From assembly GCA_951813565.1 (NCBI GenBank), contig OX638351.1:2304001-2368000 (forward strand): a DNA stretch of 64,000 nucleotides, written 5' to 3'. Below are positions 11,300 through 21,214 of this stretch, in pieces. Both the position numbers and the translations under genes were made by a program. Source of the DNA: an uncultured Poribacteria bacterium (GTDB taxonomy: Bacteria > Poribacteria > WGA-4E > WGA-3G). The notes under the pieces are model-generated. The model saw only the letters and a list, made by a program, of their open reading frames with translations, was not told the DNA's origin and ran no database searches. Position 1 is the stretch's first letter. Every line of letters begins with the position of its first letter.

Positions 11300-11655
11300 T
11301 TAACAATTATCCACATCTACGCGAGTATCGATAGGAGGATTGCGACAAGACGAACCGTTCCACGAACAAACTCCTGTTCCATCTCTTAGACTTAACGGTG
11401 AAATTCGGCAATAGTGAGATTGATTCCCAGTCTCTACACATTCCTTATCAGAGCTTGCAACTAATGTTACATTGCCATGACAGTTTGCTCTCGTCCTACC
11501 GTTGCAGTTGATACCATCACTCCAGTTGGAGGTTGGTGTATTCCCCCGACACTCGTAACCTCTTCCCTGTGCATTGACAAATACTGTTAACCTAAGACAC
11601 AAACCATCGCAATCAAACAAAAAATTGTTAATGGCTTTAACAACTTAGAAAACAT
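11300..11655 (-). pseudogene. Small secreted Cys-rich protein (8 Cys in the mature part), frameshifted near 11590
   Basis: AAGGAG RBS, then ATG 11655 reads MFSKLLKPLTIFCLIAMVCVLG*. A one-base shift continues LTVFVNA-QGRGYEC...DNC. Confidence 0.65.
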
Positions 11656-11815
11656 GAAATTTCTCCTTATTTGAGGATTAATATTAAAAATATCTGATAC
11701 ATCCTTGTTGGAGTATCAATATAATTCATTTATACATATCTTGCATAAATGTAGTTTGTTCACAATCACCGAGTATCGCTTTAGGCGATTTTCGGTGTTA
11801 AGAATTTGCTGGTGT

Positions 11816-13867
11816 CTAAAGAACACTTAACACCAACCATATGCCAAGCCCGAAAAGCAGGAAGCCCATTCCTACTTTTACGGAGACAAAATTTTTCTGT
11901 AAAATACCACCAAGCTGCATGCTGGTTGTGCCCCAATAAACACATCCAAACACAACAAGCAACGGCACAATAAACATAATATTATACAGGATCAGATAGG
12001 AAATCGCGTGTGCACGCATACCTTCAATTCCTGCGACAAATGTTAACGTCGGCAGATAAACTTGTCCTGTGCAGACCAGTTCCAATGCCGATATAACAAA
12101 TCCGATCACAAGTGCACCTGCGATAACACCGGAGGTGCGTGTCTGTTCTCGGATAACCTTGTGAATCCGCTGTTTCAAGGCACGAGGTAATTGTAACAAG
12201 ATGTCTTTCGTTTTACCTTGCTTTGCTTTTACTGCATCATATAAACTGAGCCCTGCCAACGCAAATGTAGCAGTCGCGGCTAACAGATAGACACATTTCG
12301 CGATGCCCGAAAATTGGTTGATGTAGTTCATGAACGAAAGCGTGCCTAATCCCAAGAGCAGATATGTCACAAACACTGCAAATGCAAACGCGCCGCCAGC
12401 GATCAACATCTCTTTCCGTCCGCGTCCGACCAAATTCATATAAGAGATAAAAAACACAATCGTAGCAAATGCACACGGGTTAATCCCATCCAACAAACCC
12501 GCACCTGCAACTGTCAAGATTCCGAATCCGTGATACCGATTAACGATTTCAGTTTCAGCAGTATCCTTAAGGGCTTCTGCCTCCTTTAGTCTTGATGTTA
12601 CACCGGTTTTGAGATGTTTTTGGATAGCATTCTCAAGTCCTTGTTCATCCAGTTCACCTATCAAGGCAGTATCTCCGACAAAAACAGCTGGAGTGATAAG
12701 TCGTTTTAATTCAGGTACATCGTAGCGTGTACCCATCGCTTCAAAAAGTGTCTGTTCTGTTTTAGGGTTGCGTTGGTCAACAACGATCTGCGGATACTTC
12801 GCCTTCAATCTTTTCAGTATCTTCACAGCACGCGCACACTTTTAGCATCCGTGTTTGTGGAAATAGACAATATGTATTGCATTGTCAGCCCCTTGATGTC
12901 CAACAGTATCAAAGGACTCAGATGTTGTCAACGTCTCATAAGCTGCTAAGAGATGTGAGATGTTCGCGTTCGGTGTTATTTTCTCAGAGACGTTATAGTA
13001 TCGGTTTTCAACTGCTTGCGCTTGTCCTTTTTTGTCAATCTCCACCGTCAACATGCCAACAGCAGCACCTTCAGTTGCGTTTGCTACAATCGCTGTTTTT
13101 CCTACAAATATGGGTTCTGCATCGTTTCCCGCAAAGTTTTTCTGTTCATTTCCCCCTACAATCAGAATATCTATCCATGACATCGTTTCGGCTAAAGTCT
13201 CCGCCTCATCTTGTGTAGCGTGAAACACGACGACCACAACATCGCTTTTTCTAACAAGTTCCGCTTTCAATCCCGCTAAAGCAGTATGCGGTTGTGTCAG
13301 ATCAACCTTATGAAGTTCCTGAGAGTATGTTAGGGATATTAAGCTAACGACTGCTACATCCATTGAAGACACTGTTTGAATCTGATATGGACTTTCTATC
13401 CCTCGTTTTGCGTTTGCACAAGTAAAAGCAATTTTTGGATGATTTGCATGAAGTGCGGCGAGTGTTTCTGATGAGAAGGATAACTCATGAGGTCCGAGGC
13501 ATAAGACATCCACCTCCATCACATCTAACGCGGTGAGACCGATCTGATAAATCCACTCTGCATTTTCATCTGTTGTATCAATTAGATTACCGGTATGAAG
13601 ATTTAACACCGCATCAAAATCTGTGCGGAGTTCTGATATAAGTGTGTGTCTATGTGCTAATCCGCCTACCTGTTCAGTCCCGCATCCATGTAAACCGAGT
13701 TGTCCGTGTTCTTCACCGGAATAGAGGATTGTCAATGCATCTGCCCGATTCACTCCGAATGTGAGCAGTATGAGACCAAAAAGAATCGAATAGGTTAATA
13801 GGTGAACGGGGCGAAGTATTGTCCTGGAGGCGTGACATCTCAGCGAAAGTAGGGAGTATATGCTCAA
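11816..13867 (-). pseudogene. UshA/5'-nucleotidase-like + thioredoxin-like + CcdA/DsbD-type TM fusion, broken by an in-frame TAA at 12842-12844
   Basis: ORFs 12842..13867 and 11816..12826 share a frame; the junction reads HGC*KCARAVKILK. Motifs 'GCG...GGLAHR', 'DGINPCAF' and 'LELVCTGQVY'. Confidence 0.75.
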
Positions 13868-14245
13868 GTCTTGTGAATATAGACGGGGGGGTAGCCTTTG
13901 CTAATATAAACCGAAACAATAGTGCGCCAGCACGCGGGCAGCAAAAAGCGTTTACCAACTTGTTAGGTAAAGTATAGATTAAATTAGGTAAATTACGTTG
14001 CCGGCTCATCATTACGTTACCTCATTATACCACTGGCAAGAAATTGTGGTTTCTGTGAGATACATTTGCAAAAGTATATAAAGGCAGAGTTTGTTTTTAT
14101 GACACAATTGTATGTAAAATTAACCGTTGGAAATGAACATATTTTAAATAATACATACAAAAACAAGATTTGTCAAGTTAAAATTTAATAAAATTATAAC
14201 TTTTATGAATTTTAAGGAAATTTATCATTTTAGGTAGGGGTTCAA

Positions 14246-14279
14246 AACAGAAAGGACAGGCATAAACACCTGTCCCTAC
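14246..14279 (-). terminator. Probable intrinsic terminator after the PII gene
   Basis: Stem GGACAGG/CCTGTCC followed by a T-rich run on the minus strand. Confidence 0.45.
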
Positions 14280-14311
14280 TTATTTTCCGATAAATGCAAC
14301 AGAGATATAGA

Positions 14312-14668
<357 letters not shown>

Positions 14669-14723
14669 CTACGCAAATTGGATAGGGTTGTCTCGGCGGA
14701 TCCGGAGATTCGCCTTACGTTTA

Positions 14724-15008
14724 TCAGGTTGCTGTGGACGGAACCTGATCCGTCCTAAAAGTGGATGCTACCTGCTTAATAACTTCAACGACTTCATCAA
14801 CAATTTCTTCTGCAACAACGATCTCAATTTTCAATTTTGGTCCAAATTCAATCGTCCGTTCGCTTGTGCGATAGAGTTCGGTATGCCCACGACTACGTCC
14901 GAACCCGAGAACTTCGCTAACTCTCACTCCTCGGACACCGATATTGCTAAGAGCTTCCTCAACTTTATCCAGTATGAAGGGGCGGGTAATACACTCTATT
15001 TTTCTCAT
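14724..15008 (-). pseudogene. Degenerate, C-terminally truncated tandem P-II copy (94 aa)
   Basis: Colinear with glnB at ~358 bp offset, including the upstream leader. Carries Y51R and lacks the TGKIGDGK and C-loop segments. Confidence 0.8.
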
Positions 15009-15300
15009 GGGATTCTCCTGATACCTACGCAAATTGGATAGGGTTGTCTTTACGGATACAGAGATTCACCTTACATCTCATAAGGGTTGTTGCGGACAGA
15101 CACGAAATACGTCTTTACAATGGACTGAGGCACCAAATTAACGCGTTTTTCTTTGCGTATCATTTAAGATTTGCATGTTTGCTGGATGCTTATCCTATCC
15201 AATACACAAGACAAATCAACGTTCGCGCTGATGCGATGCCTCAGATTCAGGTTCTTGATCACAATGTTACAATAGTAACTATCTCATGATAGAGATAGGT

Positions 15301-16722
15301 CTAAATATCATGATAGAGGAAGAATTCATACGGATGTGGCCGCATATTAATGGCATCTACCTCATTTTCGCGTTTGTAATCAATCCAGACATCAAGTACA
15401 TCTTCAGTAAACACATCACCTTTAAGAAGATATTCGTGGTCATCCTCGAGTGCATCAAGTGCATCACCAAGAGAAACAGGCGTAGATTCAATATCCTCAA
15501 GTTCCTCTGGCTCAAGATCGTAGAGGTCTTTGTCCAATGGATCTCCTGGATGAATTCGGTTCTGAATTCCGTCAAGGCCAGCCATCATCAACGCGCTAAA
15601 TGCAAGATATGGGTTACAAGACGGATCAGGTGTACGGAACTCAACCCTTTTAGCTTTTTCACTCTTAGAATACACAGGGATCCGGACGCATGCGCTTCGG
15701 TTTCTTTGGGAATAAGCGATATTGACTGGGGCTTCATACCCTGGAACCAACCGTTTGTAAGAATTGGTTGTCGGGGCAATGATTGCACACAATGAACGTG
15801 CATGTGCAAGTAAACCGCCGATGTAATAGAGCGCTGTCTCACTCAGAAGTGAGTACCCTTGTGGATCAAAAAATACGTTTTTCCCGTCTTTCCACAAACT
15901 TGTGTGCACGTGCATCCCCGAACCGTTATCTTGGAACAGAGGCTTTGGCATGAATGTCGCTACCAAATTATGAGAACGAGCAATATTTTTAATAATATAT
16001 TTGTACAACGCTATCTTATCGCCGACAGTAGTAAGGGTGTCAAATCGGATGTCAATCTCACCTTGTCCTGCTGTTCCAACCTCGTGGTGATGTACTTCTA
16101 CATCAACGCCGGATTCAATAAGCTTAAGGCAGATTTCAGAACGGATGTCCTGAAGCGTATCTGACGGGGGAACGGGGAAATAACCCTCTTTATAGCGGGG
16201 TTTGTATCCCAGGTTCGGATTTTCTTCGCGGCCAGAATTCCAACTACCTTCAACCGAATCAACATGATAAAATCCGGAATTTTGGGTCTGCCCGTAGCGA
16301 ATATCGTTTAATAGATAGAATTCTGCTTCAGGTCCCCAATAACTAATATCAGCAATACCAGTGGACTGAAGATAAGCTTCCGCCTTTTGTGCAATATACC
16401 GCACGTCGCGAGTGTAATTCTCCAAGGTAATTGGATCTTTGATATTACACGTAATGCTTAACGTTGGTACTTGACATACCGGATCAACCAGCGCAGTCGC
16501 GGGGTCTGGAAAGAGCAACATATCGCTCTCGTTAATGGCTTGGAAGCCACGGATACTTGACCCATCAAAACCGATTCCTTCTTCAAACAAGTCTTCGCTC
16601 AATTCATCTACCATAATAGAAAAGTGTTGCCACATCCCTGGCAGGTCCATGAATTTGAGGTCAACTATCTTAATATTTTTTTCTTTTGCAAGTGCAACCA
16701 CCTCACTTGGTGTCATTCGCAT
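15301..16722 (-). CDS. glnA: Glutamine synthetase type I
   Basis: Motifs FDGSSI, HHHEV, FMPKP...NGSGMHVH, SYKRLVPGYEAP and NRSA; adenylylation-type DLYDL. Confidence 0.97.
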   Translation of the reverse strand: MRMTPSEVVALAKEKNIKIVDLKFMDLPGMWQHFSIMVDELSEDLFEEGIGFDGSSIRGFQAINESDMLLFPDPATALVDPVCQVPTLSITCNIKDPITLENYTRDVRYIAQKAEAYLQSTGIADISYWGPEAEFYLLNDIRYGQTQNSGFYHVDSVEGSWNSGREENPNLGYKPRYKEGYFPVPPSDTLQDIRSEICLKLIESGVDVEVHHHEVGTAGQGEIDIRFDTLTTVGDKIALYKYIIKNIARSHNLVATFMPKPLFQDNGSGMHVHTSLWKDGKNVFFDPQGYSLLSETALYYIGGLLAHARSLCAIIAPTTNSYKRLVPGYEAPVNIAYSQRNRSACVRIPVYSKSEKAKRVEFRTPDPSCNPYLAFSALMMAGLDGIQNRIHPGDPLDKDLYDLEPEELEDIESTPVSLGDALDALEDDHEYLLKGDVFTEDVLDVWIDYKRENEVDAINMRPHPYEFFLYHDI

Positions 16723-16818
16723 TTCCTCCTAAGTGAATCAATATAATAATCATAACTCGTGATGTGTCATCATATTGGCGCGCAATTTATAATTTCACAA
16801 GAATCCTTGTGAAATATA

Positions 16819-16835
16819 TGCAAGGTTTATGCCAA
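16819..16835 (-). promoter_or_regulatory. sigma54 (-24/-12) promoter of glnA
   Basis: Minus strand reads TTGGCATAAACCTTGCA (GG-N10-GC), ~100 nt upstream of glnA. Confidence 0.8.
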
Positions 16836-16974
16836 TTTTTAAACTTGTCTCAGTTTCGGCACTCTGACACAGGCCGATGAGAACAGAACTACATAGAACA
16901 TAGAAGACACTTGATAACTAAACCTTTGATAACACGGCGCGTATAATTAAGTTGCAGAAACGCGCTAAGATATA

Positions 16975-17014
16975 TGCTAAATTATTAGGCATAGAATTGC
17001 CCAAATTTTCAGCA
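16975..17014. promoter_or_regulatory. Two NtrC-like enhancer sites
   Basis: TGCTAAATTATTAGGCA (16975-16991) and TGCCCAAATTTTCAGCA (16998-17014), both TGC-N11-GCA, 140-180 nt upstream of the sigma54 site. Confidence 0.6.
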
Positions 17015-17029
17015 GAATCAAGGTCTTTT

Positions 17030-17611
17030 CTATTTCTTTAATTCAACGTCTTCAGCAAATCGACTGGTTTCGGGACCGTCTTGACCGGCATATTTATTTT
17101 CCGGTTTCAGACGGTAAGGCATACTTGATGGCGATGAAAGTTGTTCAAAGGTAAAGGCACAAATCCGCATGCCCGGATAGAGTAACACTGGCATTCGTCC
17201 AAGATTACCAAGTTCCAAAGTAGCATTTCCGACCCACCCCGGATCAAATAGCCCTGCGGTGCTGTGAACAATAATGCCAAGCCTACCTAAGCTGCTTCTG
17301 CCTTCAAGCCTCGCCATCACGTCATCAGCTAATTCCAGTTTTTCGTGTGTTGCAGCGAGAACAAATTCACCCGGTTGCATCGTAAAAGCTTCACCGTCAG
17401 GCACCTTAACTTCCCGCATCAGATCATCAGCATCAACCTTTTCCTTCAAATCAATAAACGGATATTTGCTATGCTCAAAAACACGAAAGGTGTTGCCCAA
17501 TTTGAAATCAATTGAACAACTCCCTAACTGTATACCTAAATCTGGCTCAGGTGTAATTTTGATTTTCCCTTCGTTTATATATCGACGAATATCCACATCT
17601 GATAAAATCAT
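17030..17611 (-). CDS. dcd: dCTP deaminase
   Basis: Motifs 'EGRSSLGRLG..VH.TAG..DPG..G..TLE' and 'KY.GQ'. Confidence 0.93.
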   Translation of the reverse strand: MILSDVDIRRYINEGKIKITPEPDLGIQLGSCSIDFKLGNTFRVFEHSKYPFIDLKEKVDADDLMREVKVPDGEAFTMQPGEFVLAATHEKLELADDVMARLEGRSSLGRLGIIVHSTAGLFDPGWVGNATLELGNLGRMPVLLYPGMRICAFTFEQLSSPSSMPYRLKPENKYAGQDGPETSRFAEDVELKK

Positions 17612-17646
17612 ATTATAATATTACCACAATTTTGCAAAGATGTCAC
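17612..17646 (-). promoter_or_regulatory. sigma70-like promoter giving a probably leaderless dcd mRNA
   Basis: GTGACA-N17-TAATAT with a TG extension, ending 6 nt before the ATG; no RBS. Confidence 0.5.
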
Positions 17647-17734
17647 GTTTTTTGTGATAAGGACAGGGTTATTTAGTTTTCTATATTTCTGACGCATTTT
17701 ATCACATGCGTTAATTCTTTATAATAGTATCGTC

Positions 17735-18565
17735 CGTTGGATTTCACTCCGCTCTACCCATAAATCAACGCTATGAATGCCTTTATGGCATTCAGCGGGT
17801 GTCAATTTTAGGATATATCCTATTGTGGGAGTGAATCAACGCAGCATGCGCGTTTGGCATGCTGCCAAATCAACGCCAAATGCGCTTTTTGGCATTTGTC
17901 CAAATCAACGCAGCATGCGCGTTTGGCATGCTGCGGGTTTTCAACCCCGATTTTCTTCTGTAGGAGCGACCTCCCGGTCGCGAGCTGGAGCTCGCTCCTA
18001 CAGAATGTCCGAGGCGACAAGTCATGGCGAATACCACACGGGGAGTGCCTAAAGACGAATGCGCCAAATCAAGAAATCAACGGTATGAATGCCCTTTGGC
18101 ATTCCCCGTCCGGCATTCGCCCTGATTCATACCGTTGATTTGGCGTATTCGCCCAAGTGCGCTTGGCGTTGATTTGGCAATGAATTGCGCGACTACGCTT
18201 TTTTTCTTAAATTGACAGTTATGGAGCGGTTAGGAAACCGCACCTACCGTCCGGAAAATGCGATAAATCCCGTTAATTTGGTATTATACCAAATTAACGA
18301 GTTTTGTATTGTTTTCACTGCTGAGAACACGGGCGGGCACAGAGACCCGCCCCTACGATTTTGGGTAATTTGGTATTACTCGTTATTTGCACTGAAGTTC
18401 ACTTGTATTGTAGGGGCGGGTCCCTGTGCCCGCCCGTTGTTTCGATCCTGAGACATGGCGAGGCACCAAATCAACGGTCCGAATGCCTTATGGCATTCCC
18501 CGGGACCTCGCCCTACAAGTAATTTATGAGATAGGTTGTAGTTAATCCGGGTTATAAACCCCTAC
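17735..18565. repeat. Mosaic of REP-like hairpins, MITE ends and AATCAACG micro-elements
   Basis: Tandem units at 17832-17865, 17866-17900 and 17901-17934; nested insert 18016-18176; unit 18467-18501; several GTAGG(A/G)GCG hairpins. Confidence 0.8.
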
Positions 18566-18579
18566 AAGAGAGCGTTGAA

Positions 18580-19908
18580 CTATTTCTCCCAATCGTCAGG
18601 AGCAACACTGCGATAAGCGTAATCTAAGAGCGTCACGGGATGCATTACTTTCATATTTAACCCATGTTTTTGGATGCCGAGTTGAATCTGGAGTAGGCAT
18701 CCAGGGTTTCCAGTAGCGACAATATCTGCCTCAGTTTCAGCAATGTGTATCATTTTTCGTTCCAAAATTTCCTGTGAAAGTTCTGGTTGTGTAATATTAT
18801 AGATACCGGCACTCCCACAACACCATTCGGATTCTGTTAACTCAATTAATTCAAGCCCTGGTATCGTTTGTAGGACTTTTCGGGGTTGTGATTTCACGCG
18901 TTGGCCGTGTAGTAGGTGGCACGGTTCATCGTAGGTGACGCGACGTGGAATTTCGCCTTTTGGTGGTATCATCTCAATTTCGGCTAAGAATTCACTAATG
19001 TCGCGCATTTTGTGGCTGAAGTGTTTCGCTTTTTCAGCGTAAACTGGATCACTTTCCAGAAGTACCTCATATTCCTTGAGTGTTGCGCCACAACCAGCGG
19101 AATTTATAATAATCGCGTCTAAATTTTCATTTTCGAACGCATCAATGTTTTGTTTAGCAAGTGTCGCGGCGACATCGCGTACACCGTTATGTAGGTGTAG
19201 TGCACCACAGCAGGTTTGCTTGCGCGGTGTGATAACTTCACAACCGTTTTCTGCCAATACACGGATAGTTGCCAAATTCGTTTCAGTAAAAACTTGGTTC
19301 ATGATGCATCCAGAAATAAAACCGACGCGGTATCGGGTTTTCCCTTCGGCATGTGTGATGTCACGCATTGTATATTTGAGGCGTGGAGACGGAATTTTGG
19401 GTAGTAACGATTCCATTTGACCGAGTTGTCCCATCAACTTGAGAATTCCTGTTTTCTGGACTAACCATCGAAGGCCAAGTTTTTGATAGAGCCACATCAG
19501 TTCAAAGATGAGGTCTAACCTTTCCTTGTTTGGTAGAATTTGCTTGAAGACGAGGTTAGTCCAAAATTGGTAGCTTATGGATCGCGGGGCGTTCAGTTCA
19601 TAAATCGCGCGTGCCTCTTCAAGAAGTTCACCAAAGTGAACGCCAGAGGGACAAGCGGTCTCACAAGCACGGCAATCCAAGCATCGGTAGATGTATTCTG
19701 CCCATTCTTCATTAAGTGGTGTGGCATCTTGTGGTTTGAACGCACTCCCCATGAGATATAATCTTCCCCTGGGGGAATCGGTTTCTAAACCTAATTCTCG
19801 ATAAGTTGGACAAGTAGGTAGGCAGAGACCACAATGTGTACAGGCATCCCATTTTTTCCAATTAAAGGTGTCTGCACCAATTAGTGGTTGTGTTTGTTGG
19901 ATGGACAT
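18580..19908 (-). CDS. GlcF-like Fe-S protein (2x4Fe-4S plus two CCG domains)
   Basis: CTHCGLCLPTCP, SPRGR, CLDCRACETACP and two CCG motifs. Confidence 0.88.
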   Translation of the reverse strand: MSIQQTQPLIGADTFNWKKWDACTHCGLCLPTCPTYRELGLETDSPRGRLYLMGSAFKPQDATPLNEEWAEYIYRCLDCRACETACPSGVHFGELLEEARAIYELNAPRSISYQFWTNLVFKQILPNKERLDLIFELMWLYQKLGLRWLVQKTGILKLMGQLGQMESLLPKIPSPRLKYTMRDITHAEGKTRYRVGFISGCIMNQVFTETNLATIRVLAENGCEVITPRKQTCCGALHLHNGVRDVAATLAKQNIDAFENENLDAIIINSAGCGATLKEYEVLLESDPVYAEKAKHFSHKMRDISEFLAEIEMIPPKGEIPRRVTYDEPCHLLHGQRVKSQPRKVLQTIPGLELIELTESEWCCGSAGIYNITQPELSQEILERKMIHIAETEADIVATGNPGCLLQIQLGIQKHGLNMKVMHPVTLLDYAYRSVAPDDWEK

Positions 19909-20029
19909 ATTAAAATTTATTACGTTGGCGATATTTCTTTCGATTATATAGTTATTTGATTACAACCTATCTCATAAATCGTAGGAGGGCTTTCTAAGCC
20001 CGATTTTGTGAGACACAAGTCGTTATATC

Positions 20030-20286
20030 CAAATCAACGATGAATGCGCGTGTAGGCATTCATCCAAATCAACGCAGCATGCGCCAAATCAAGAAATCAA
20101 CGGTATGAATCATGGCGAATCATGTAGAATACCAAAAGCGTATTCTACCAAGCGCATTCGTCTTTAGTCATTCACCGGGTCCGAATGCCTATTGGCATTC
20201 CCCGTATGGCATGCTGCCAAATCAACGCTGAATGCGCGTGTAGGCATTCATCCAAATCAACGCAGCATGCGCGTCCGGCATGCTGC
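20030..20286 (+). repeat. Array of four AATCAACG hairpin micro-elements, one with nested inserts
   Basis: Units 20030-20064, 20065-20217, 20218-20252 and 20253-20286. Confidence 0.85.
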
Positions 20287-20385
20287 GGGGTTGAAAACCC
20301 CTCCCACAAGAAGATATATCCTTAAATTGACAGTTATGGGTAGAGTGCAGCGAAACCCGACATGTATACTGCGTTTTATCCAACC

Positions 20386-20927
20386 TTGACATACTCCCCA
20401 GCTAAAGCAGGGGGATTCTTTTGTCCCTCTGCACTGGGTAAATTCTGCGATCAACAGTGAATGCGAACGCCAGCAAAACTTTTGTTCGTCTTCTATCACC
20501 TACTGCACTGGACGATGCCCCGCCCATTCATCCGTCACAGATTTTCACCTGCTTTAGATGGCAAGATTCTTTTTTGTGAAGTGGCACTGTTTCACTTGAA
20601 ACAGTTCAATTTTGTCCTTCTTACCAGACACCCCGACACAACAAGAGATAACTTACTTCTCTTGGGGGTCTTTTATACAATATGTCTACTCGCTCCTTTT
20701 GAGAGTTCGCTAAGTAGCGACTTTGGTAGGATACATTGCAGATATGTGCTGCATATCAACCCGCTCAGGTGTTCCAGTTCACATTCGACTGGCATGATAT
20801 GGATGCTCTCCACCAACGGACATGGTTGCAGATGTAACATTACATCCTCTTTCTGTGGGTAGTCTGTGATACCCCGCACTTGTGAGCCGTTCTACATCCC
20901 AAAGCTAAAGCATTGGGTTTTGAACGG
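20386..20927 (-). mobile_element. Non-autonomous IS200/IS605-family derivative with no transposase or TnpB ORF
   Basis: Right end GAATCCCCCTGCTTTAGCTGGGGAGTATGTCAA (hairpin plus terminal TCAA). Left end CCGTTCAAAACCCAATGCTTTAGCTTTGGGATGTAGAACGGC resembles the left end of the tnpB element at 39493. Confidence 0.75.
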
Positions 20928-21214
20928 AACGTTTAATAATATGTTATCGGTGAAATCTTTCCAATATAATATGGGTAAACCAAAGCAGGACTAACACAAT
21001 CAAGCCGATTGTGGCAAATATCATGCCTTTTGAACTCACTGTGCCAACGAAACTTTTCTTGATATTTTCCTTTCTGCTTTCGTTAATCTTATCCGCAAGC
21101 ATCCGTTTTTCGTATTCTGTCAGATTTTTCTTTTGTGTAGGGAATAGTTCTGAGGGTGTACGCCTATAAATTCCGCTCTTCCACTTTCTGTATAAAATAC
21201 GAAAAACTATCACA

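Noticed and set aside
12842..12844. Selenocysteine or recoded stop in CxxC
   Set aside because: The codon is TAA, not TGA, and it lies at an x position rather than a Cys position.
17777..18451. Short ORFs over repeat mosaics (also 20192-20499, 27968-28177, 46876-47058, 50024-50278)
   Set aside because: Their peptides are translations of the hairpin repeats, with no RBS or recognisable domain.
17761..18501. Integron attC sites (AAC/GTT motif)
   Set aside because: AATCAAC fits RYYYAAC poorly, simple units have no matching GTTRRRY end, they are too short, and no integrase or cassette layout is present.
17832..20286. CRISPR array (34-35 nt periodic units)
   Set aside because: Units abut with no unique spacers, nest inside each other and are dispersed in both orientations; no cas genes in the window.
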